Shown: positions 26,597 through 32,000 of the stretch, piece after piece
Numbering within the stretch: the first letter of the stretch is position 1
Layout of the letters: each line of letters starts with the position of its first letter
Origin: Acholeplasma laidlawii PG-8A
GTDB taxonomy: Bacteria; Bacillota_I; Bacilli_A; Acholeplasmatales; Acholeplasmataceae
DNA length: 32,000 nt
Assembly (NCBI RefSeq): GCF_000018785.1
Contig: NC_010163.1
Span: 1,080,001-1,112,000, forward strand
Reading direction: 5' to 3'
Made by a program: the position numbers and the translations under genes
The notes under the pieces: model-generated
What the model saw: the letters and a program-made list of their open reading frames with translations, nothing else
Database searches by the model: none
Told to the model about the DNA's origin: nothing

Positions 26597-27382
26597 ATGT
26601 TTAATTTAGATACCATCAAAAATTTATATTATGTATATTCTCCTTTAAAATCAAATCGTGAGTTAGAAAAAAATTATATCACAACTACACATAATGAAGC
26701 CCCTTCAAATGTTTCCATTCGAACACATTACAATGATATAATTCTCAAAAATTTTCTAAATGAATCAGTCATAAAGGCAGCTTTTATTCAAAAATATTCT
26801 TTTCAAAAATCGCCAGATTCTAATGTCACAGCATTTGAGATTAATGTAGGTGGTAGTAGAGCTGACCTTTGCTTATTAAATGGTAAGAGTGTAGTATATG
26901 AAATCAAAACTGAATTTGATACATTTAATAGGTTAGAATCTCAACTACTAGATTACAGAAAAACTTTTGAGTATATCTACTTAATTATCCCAAAATCAAA
27001 GTTAGGAGAAGCTCTTAGCTATCTTACACCAAATGACGGCATCATTATCTATTCTCAAAATAGACATCAAAAAATCCTATTTAAAGTTTACAAAGATGCT
27101 ATAATAAATCCTCTAATTGATTCTAGATTTCAACTAGAGCAATTAACCAAAGCACAACTTTATAAACTAACAGGTGAAAAAAATGGTGATAAGAATGTAT
27201 TGGTTGATAATATCTTATCAAGTCACACTGCTGATGAAATTAACAAAATATATATTGATTTCATTAAATTGAAGTTTAAGAAAAGATGGACTTACTTATA
27301 TCATCATAGAAATCATATTAATCCCCTGGATTATCAATGGTTTTTCAAAAACAACATTGACTCAAGCATAATCTATAGATAG
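26597..27382 (+). CDS. sce7726-family-like protein with PD-(D/E)xK nuclease-like core
   Basis: FEINVGGSRADLCLLNGKSVVYEIKTEFDTFNRLESQLLDYRKTFEYIYLIIP (E...D...ExK...Q layout); AAAGGAG SD. Confidence 0.65.
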   Translation: MFNLDTIKNLYYVYSPLKSNRELEKNYITTTHNEAPSNVSIRTHYNDIILKNFLNESVIKAAFIQKYSFQKSPDSNVTAFEINVGGSRADLCLLNGKSVVYEIKTEFDTFNRLESQLLDYRKTFEYIYLIIPKSKLGEALSYLTPNDGIIIYSQNRHQKILFKVYKDAIINPLIDSRFQLEQLTKAQLYKLTGEKNGDKNVLVDNILSSHTADEINKIYIDFIKLKFKKRWTYLYHHRNHINPLDYQWFFKNNIDSSIIYR

Positions 27383-27396
27383 TAATTCTATAGATT
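27370..27396 (+). terminator. Convergent-gene terminator hairpin AATCTATAGA-tagtaat-TCTATAGATT-TTTTTTT
   Basis: 10-bp stem plus a T-run on the plus strand. Confidence 0.7.
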
Positions 27397-28416
27397 TTTT
27401 TTTATTTGCGTCAAATATCTTAACATAGTATAGTAATTCCATATTGCCCAGTTTCCAAATTTTTCTTTCATGTAGTTTTCCTTCATTAGAGCATAGGCCT
27501 TACATTCACCATCAGGATCTAGTTTGTGTTCATATTTTCTAATTAATTGGTCCATGACATATTCAAAACCGCTTGCTCCTTTTTTAGAATCTACATTCAA
27601 AACAGAAAAAAATTGGTTTTGATTGTAGTCAAACATTAAAGATAAGGCTGACCCTTCACCATTGCTACCTGTACTCGGTAAAGCATTTTTATATCCAAGA
27701 TAGTCAGCTACTCCATCAAAATTATATTCATCATAGTTTTTTAAGATGCTGTTATCTATCAAATCTGTAAACACACCATCTTTAAAACTTCTATTTGCTA
27801 TGCTCTCCTTTCTTGGCGAGTGCAGAATTATATTTTGATATTGTCCAGTCCTATTGTTTAAATCTTCAATATCAAAACAGTATGGTTCAATGGATTCTTC
27901 ATTGATATCAAATATGAATAAATCGCTTCGTCTTAATATGTTATCCAAATTAGTAAAGTGTTTTTGAAATTTATCAGCTGCTATTCTTATGGCGATAGTA
28001 TTCGTAAATTTCTGTAGTTCTGTTACAAAATCCACCAATAAGTTGGAGTCATCAAAATACTCTCTAACACCCTTCACCGATATTACTGGCACGCCATAGT
28101 TAGATAGCGCTACTTTTTTCAGCATTTCAAAATATTCTTTGTGAGTAGATTTTCGATTTTCGAACGAGAAAGTTAGTTTTTCGTTATCTTTGTATCTATA
28201 CTCATTCTCAGCGAAAACAAATACATCAATGAAATATTGATAACCAAGATTTTCATCATAGTATTCAAGCAACTCATCAAATGAGTTTACTTTTTTATTG
28301 ATTTTATCAAATATGACTTCTATTATCGGTGCAATATTACCACCAAATAAATCTCTATACTCTGTAAAAATTTTGTTTTCATACATTCTATTTTTCATAA
28401 CTGGCAAATAAATCAT
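27388..28416 (-). CDS. sce7725 / Beta_protein (T4 beta-like)-family protein
   Basis: YLPVMKNRMYENKIFTEYRDLFGGNIAPIIEVI N-terminus; C-terminal SALSLMFDYNQNQFFSVLNVDSKKGASGFEYVMDQLI; conserved partnering with a sce7726-like gene. Confidence 0.6.
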   Translation of the reverse strand: MIYLPVMKNRMYENKIFTEYRDLFGGNIAPIIEVIFDKINKKVNSFDELLEYYDENLGYQYFIDVFVFAENEYRYKDNEKLTFSFENRKSTHKEYFEMLKKVALSNYGVPVISVKGVREYFDDSNLLVDFVTELQKFTNTIAIRIAADKFQKHFTNLDNILRRSDLFIFDINEESIEPYCFDIEDLNNRTGQYQNIILHSPRKESIANRSFKDGVFTDLIDNSILKNYDEYNFDGVADYLGYKNALPSTGSNGEGSALSLMFDYNQNQFFSVLNVDSKKGASGFEYVMDQLIRKYEHKLDPDGECKAYALMKENYMKEKFGNWAIWNYYTMLRYLTQIKKNL

Positions 28417-28434
28417 TTTAAAATCCTCCTTTTA

Positions 28435-29472
28435 CTATTTTTTTAAGTGATTCATTTCATTGTATTCAATTAATTTATCATGTTGTAAAAAAGACACAAC
28501 AATACCTGGTATTACTTTATTCTTCTTTGAAAAAATAATTATTTCTTCATCACTGAAATTACGTTTTTGAGTAAATTGACTATAAAGTTCCTTATCAATT
28601 AAAAATTCTTTTGCCTGTTTATTCGCCAACTCTTCCACTTCTTGTTCATCATCAAGAGTTATATTGTACTTATCTTTTCGAATATCATTATTTTTAATAT
28701 GTATGAGTTCATGAATCAATGTAAAATAATATCTATCAATTTGCTTATATCTATCAGACAACAAGATAAGCGGTCTTCCATGATAATCCCTAACGGCTCC
28801 ACGTATTTTAGCATTAGGAATTGATTCGTAAAAGACAACTAGTATACCCAATCTATTGGCAAATTTGGTAATGTTTTGTTTAGCAAGTTCAAAATCTTTT
28901 GTGTAGATCAAGTTCTTTATCATGTGAAATTTTCGTAAGAAATTGTCATGATTAAATTCAGGTAAATTTTCAATATCATTTTGCAACTCTATTTCCTGTT
29001 CAGCCAATTTTACCCACAATAATATTGCTTCTCTTGTTCCTCCATCTTCATGGAAACTATATTCTATTTGATTAAATAAACCATCAATTTCTTTTACTGA
29101 TGAAATACCCATTATGCTCAACAATGAGGTGATTTGTTCTTTAACTGACAGTTCCATACCTTTAAATATATGTTTGAGTTGGTATTTTCTAACAATTTCC
29201 ATAGCATCATGGGTGTCATTCGATTCCATTCTTAATAGATGTAATCTATGTGCAACTTCTAGATCCATCCAAAATTCAGCTTTTACTCCTTTGAATACTT
29301 TTTCCAGTTTAAGGGCGAACTCTTCTGTCAATTTAACCTTACCGTTAATTACATTTGAGATATGTCTTTGACTACTCTCAGTGATAGCTGCAAGTTCTTT
29401 TTGAGTAATATTATTTGACTCCATATATTCTTTAAGTATATTACCAGGAGAAACCATAAAATTAAAATTCAT
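28435..29472 (-). CDS. HigA-like antitoxin: HTH_XRE plus ImmA/IrrE-type zinc metallopeptidase domain
   Basis: GNILKEYMESNNITQKELAAITESSQRHISNVINGKVKLTEEFALKLEKVF; YFTLIHELIHIKNNDIRKD (HExxH). ATG 29472 with AAAGGA SD. Confidence 0.88.
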   Translation of the reverse strand: MNFNFMVSPGNILKEYMESNNITQKELAAITESSQRHISNVINGKVKLTEEFALKLEKVFKGVKAEFWMDLEVAHRLHLLRMESNDTHDAMEIVRKYQLKHIFKGMELSVKEQITSLLSIMGISSVKEIDGLFNQIEYSFHEDGGTREAILLWVKLAEQEIELQNDIENLPEFNHDNFLRKFHMIKNLIYTKDFELAKQNITKFANRLGILVVFYESIPNAKIRGAVRDYHGRPLILLSDRYKQIDRYYFTLIHELIHIKNNDIRKDKYNITLDDEQEVEELANKQAKEFLIDKELYSQFTQKRNFSDEEIIIFSKKNKVIPGIVVSFLQHDKLIEYNEMNHLKK

Positions 29473-29489
29473 TATTATATCCTTTCTGC

Positions 29490-29801
29490 TCAATGAGTAT
29501 CAACTATATCGAGTATCAATATCTCATCAATATCATTCTCATCTAGTTTACTTTCATCTGGTACAGTAAAAATAAGACGATAATTTCTAGATAGGTCAAT
29601 CGACCAACAACCTTCGTACTTTCCAGTTAACTTATGTTTCCTGGGAGGAGGATTGTGAGAGATTAGCGATAAATTTCTAACAGCACGTAACTCGGTTAGT
29701 CTAGAAATAAGATTACTATAAAGTGGTGCATAGTACTTTTTTATTAATCTATCATTAGTCAATATTTTTGCCAATTTATTTGTATTGAAATTGATTATCA
29801 C
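29490..29801 (-). CDS. HigB-like type II toxin (RelE superfamily)
   Basis: 103 aa; LRAVRNLSLISHNPPPRKHKLTGKYEGCWSIDLSRNYRLIFTV; GTG start with GGAGGGG SD; directly upstream of the HigA-like gene. Confidence 0.85.
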   Translation of the reverse strand: MIINFNTNKLAKILTNDRLIKKYYAPLYSNLISRLTELRAVRNLSLISHNPPPRKHKLTGKYEGCWSIDLSRNYRLIFTVPDESKLDENDIDEILILDIVDTH

Positions 29802-29897
29802 CTATTGCCCCTCCTATCTACCCTTACATTATAATTGATTATACATATTAAGTCAATATAAATAGTAATTAAGGGTAATATTAATTTTGACATAAAT

Positions 29898-29931
29898 AAA
29901 AGCCTTGAATCTAAATAGATACAAGGCTTTT
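29898..29931. terminator. Hairpin AAAAGCCTTG...CAAGGCTTTT between flotillin and higB
   Basis: 10-bp perfect stem, symmetrical A/T ends. Confidence 0.55.
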
Positions 29932-30207
29932 ACATTAGTGGTTGAAGTTTATTTAAAACCTTATCCCCACTATGAATATAATTCAGATCTACATATCCGG
30001 GGAGATTAGCTAATGATCTCAATTATACTTTGGTTTTTCAATAAAGATTTAAATGTAATTTTAAAGCGTTTTCACAACACAGATATCATTATAACAAACT
30101 TTTTATGTTTTGTTAAGCCATTATCGGTATATTGGTTGTTTTTATCAAGATTATGAAAAAATTGTAAGTTTAGATATGTTTTTGAGTGAATATTGATTAA
30201 AATAATC

Positions 30208-30242
30208 AAACCTGAGCTAAGTTTCAGGCTTAACTCAGGTTG
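30208..30242 (-). terminator. Probable terminator of the flotillin-like gene
   Basis: AACCTGAG-c-TAAG...CTTA-a-CTCAGGTT stem-loop immediately downstream of the stop codon. Confidence 0.5.
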
Positions 30243-30260
30243 ATTGTTTGATTATTAGTT

Positions 30261-31685
30261 TTACTTTTTATCTTTTTCAGTTTTTGGTTCTACTGGTTTT
30301 GAAGTGAGTTTACCCGATGCATATCCTGCTAACAACGAGGTTAGATCAATACCAGTTGATTCTTGAATAGATGATAAGATTTGAGTGGATGAATTAACGA
30401 TATCTCCAACTAACTTAGTAGAGTTACCATCACCATACATAGTGATTTTATCTACTTTAGCAAGTGGTGATGCTGCAGCACCAACAATCTTAGGTAATAC
30501 ATCAGAATTTAAGATTAATTCTAAGACCGCTGCATCTTCCATTAACTTCATCGCTTCTGCTTTTTTCTCAATCGCTTCAGCTTCTGCAAGACCTACCGCT
30601 TGAATACCCTGTGCACGTTGTTCTTCAGCAAATCTTTGAGCTTCAGCAGCTACTTTAATAGACTCAGCTCGTTTAGCTTCTTCAATATATTTAGCTTCAG
30701 CTTCTTTAGAACGAATATAAAGATCAGCTAAAGCCTTTTGTTCAGCAGCATAGCGTTTCGCATCCGCGTCTTTTCTAACGACTGCATCTAAACGTTTTTC
30801 TTCAACTTCAATTTCTTTTTGTTTTAATTCAATCTCTTTTGTACGTTTAGCAATCTCTGCTTCTTGAATTGCGATATTTACACTCTTAGATTCATTAGCA
30901 CTTTGAATTTGATACGCAGCATCTGCTACCGCTTTTTGTGTATCAGATTTTTGTTTTAAAGCTGATTGACGTAATTCTAAATCTGTATTTTGCTCAGCAA
31001 TTTTTAACTCAGCAGTAATTCTTGCTTCGTTGGCTAATTCTTTTGCTTGCGCTGTTGCAATCTCTACATCTTTTTCAGAGTTTGCACGGGCAATAGAAGC
31101 TTCTTTTCTAATTTGAGTAACATTATCAACCCCAAGGTCTTCAATGACACCATTTTTATCACTAAAGTTTTGAATGGTGATATTAATGATTTCAAGACCC
31201 ATACGGTTCATATCTTGCATTGCAGAGTTATATACTTGTTCTGCAAACTTTTCTCTGTTTTGAACAAGTTCTTTTAACTTCATTTGACCAATGATTTCAC
31301 GCATGTTACCTTCTAATATTTCTTTAGTAACTACACGTATACCTTCTAAGTCTCTAGATAAAAGAATTTGACCAGCTAAACGGATTGAGTCTTCATCTGT
31401 CATAATACGGATGTTTGCTACCCCATCTACAAAGATATTGATAAATTCATTTGTAGGTACAGCAGAATCTGTTTTAATATCTGTTTGAATTAATGATAAT
31501 GGGATCGCATCAATTCTTTCTAAGAATGGAATACGTAATGTACCCTTTCCTATAACTACTCTTGACTTCTTAGGTCCTGTAATAATATATGCTTGGTTTG
31601 GTTTAACCTTAACATAGGATGCTGCAAATAAAACGATCAAAATGACCACAACGGCAATAGATATGCCGATGATGAGTTCTTCCAT
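30261..31685 (-). CDS. Flotillin/YqiK-like SPFH-domain membrane protein
   Basis: N-terminal TM; VKPNQAYIITGPKKSRVVIGKGTLRIPFLERIDAIPLSLIQTDI; long EAEIAKRTKEIELKQKEIEVEE coiled coil; C-terminal LPKIVGAAASPLAKVDKITMYGDG. ATG 31685 preceded by GAGGGGAAAG. Confidence 0.93.
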   Translation of the reverse strand: MEELIIGISIAVVVILIVLFAASYVKVKPNQAYIITGPKKSRVVIGKGTLRIPFLERIDAIPLSLIQTDIKTDSAVPTNEFINIFVDGVANIRIMTDEDSIRLAGQILLSRDLEGIRVVTKEILEGNMREIIGQMKLKELVQNREKFAEQVYNSAMQDMNRMGLEIINITIQNFSDKNGVIEDLGVDNVTQIRKEASIARANSEKDVEIATAQAKELANEARITAELKIAEQNTDLELRQSALKQKSDTQKAVADAAYQIQSANESKSVNIAIQEAEIAKRTKEIELKQKEIEVEEKRLDAVVRKDADAKRYAAEQKALADLYIRSKEAEAKYIEEAKRAESIKVAAEAQRFAEEQRAQGIQAVGLAEAEAIEKKAEAMKLMEDAAVLELILNSDVLPKIVGAAASPLAKVDKITMYGDGNSTKLVGDIVNSSTQILSSIQESTGIDLTSLLAGYASGKLTSKPVEPKTEKDKK

Positions 31686-31874
31686 ATGTACTTTCCCCTC
31701 TTTCGTATGGTTATGTTTTAACACTTTAGAATAATTATACATGAATTTATACATGATTCCTACTCATTCAATAAAAAATTTTACGTAATTTTTATACTTC
31801 AACTTAAGACAACATAAAAACCCTATAAACTTGTTAAATAAACATACAAATTTATAGGGTTATTTAGTACTTTA

Positions 31875-32000
31875 TTACCTTTTCTTAAGTGCTTTTAAGA
31901 TACTAATAAATACTATAGCGCCTAGAATAGATATAAAAAATCCTGGCCATGAGATATCAGTTGTTGTAAAGTTTTTAAATCCACTTGCAGCCCAGCCTCC
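31875..32000 (-). CDS. C-terminus of a GlsB/YeaQ/YmgE (transglycosylase-associated)-like small membrane protein, truncated by window edge
   Basis: Reverse translation GGWAASGFKNFTTTDISWPGFFISILGAIVFISILKALKKR*. Confidence 0.5.
   Translation of the reverse strand, partial: GGWAASGFKNFTTTDISWPGFFISILGAIVFISILKALKKR

Noticed and set aside
28435-29801. higBA pair as a new system on its own
   Set aside because: It is a recognisable type II TA layout (RelE-like toxin followed by HTH-ImmA/IrrE antitoxin); only its linkage to the neighbouring pair is of interest.
29898-30060. Riboswitch upstream of higB
   Set aside because: Two hairpins are visible but no known riboswitch core could be matched by eye, and the region also functions as the inter-operon terminator zone.

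Overview
This is a 32 kb AT-rich window. ORFs such as the GH16 gene end in TGA while Trp is read from TGG, so the standard code (11) applies. The laminaribiose-phosphorylase locus makes an Acholeplasma-like Mollicute plausible (inference). From left to right I see the following. (1) The N-terminus of a DegT/DnrJ aminotransferase, a winged-HTH regulator with a Rossmann-like C-terminal domain, and galE. An identical 21-bp element sits 2 nt from the -10 box of both the regulator and galE promoters. (2) A co-directional anti-phage island (about 2.7-9.8 kb, minus strand): two small membrane proteins, a nucleotidyltransferase-fold protein overlapping or abutting an Abi_2-like HEPN protein, AbiH, SIR2, HerA and a KTSC-domain protein. 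The SIR2-HerA pair is known. The NTase+HEPN pair with its membrane-protein neighbours is the best candidate for an under-described module. (3) A complete beta-1,3-glucan (laminarin) utilisation operon: sugar-binding lipoprotein, two ABC permeases, a repeat-containing surface lipoprotein, a ROK regulator, a tandem-GH16 lipoprotein, a phosphohexomutase and a GH94 phosphorylase. Its promoter carries a perfect cre-type site. (4) A divergent UvrD-like protein with an altered DExx motif. A convergent sce7726-like nuclease / sce7725-like (Beta_protein) pair follows, whose stop codons both lie in one hairpin, then a HigB-HigA(HTH + ImmA/IrrE) pair. (5) A flotillin/YqiK-like SPFH protein and the C-terminus of a GlsB/YeaQ/YmgE-like membrane protein. 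A promoter-to-terminator unit of about 135 nt at 9.80-9.93 kb is a candidate small RNA or attenuating leader. All family calls come from reading motifs by eye; no database search was run.
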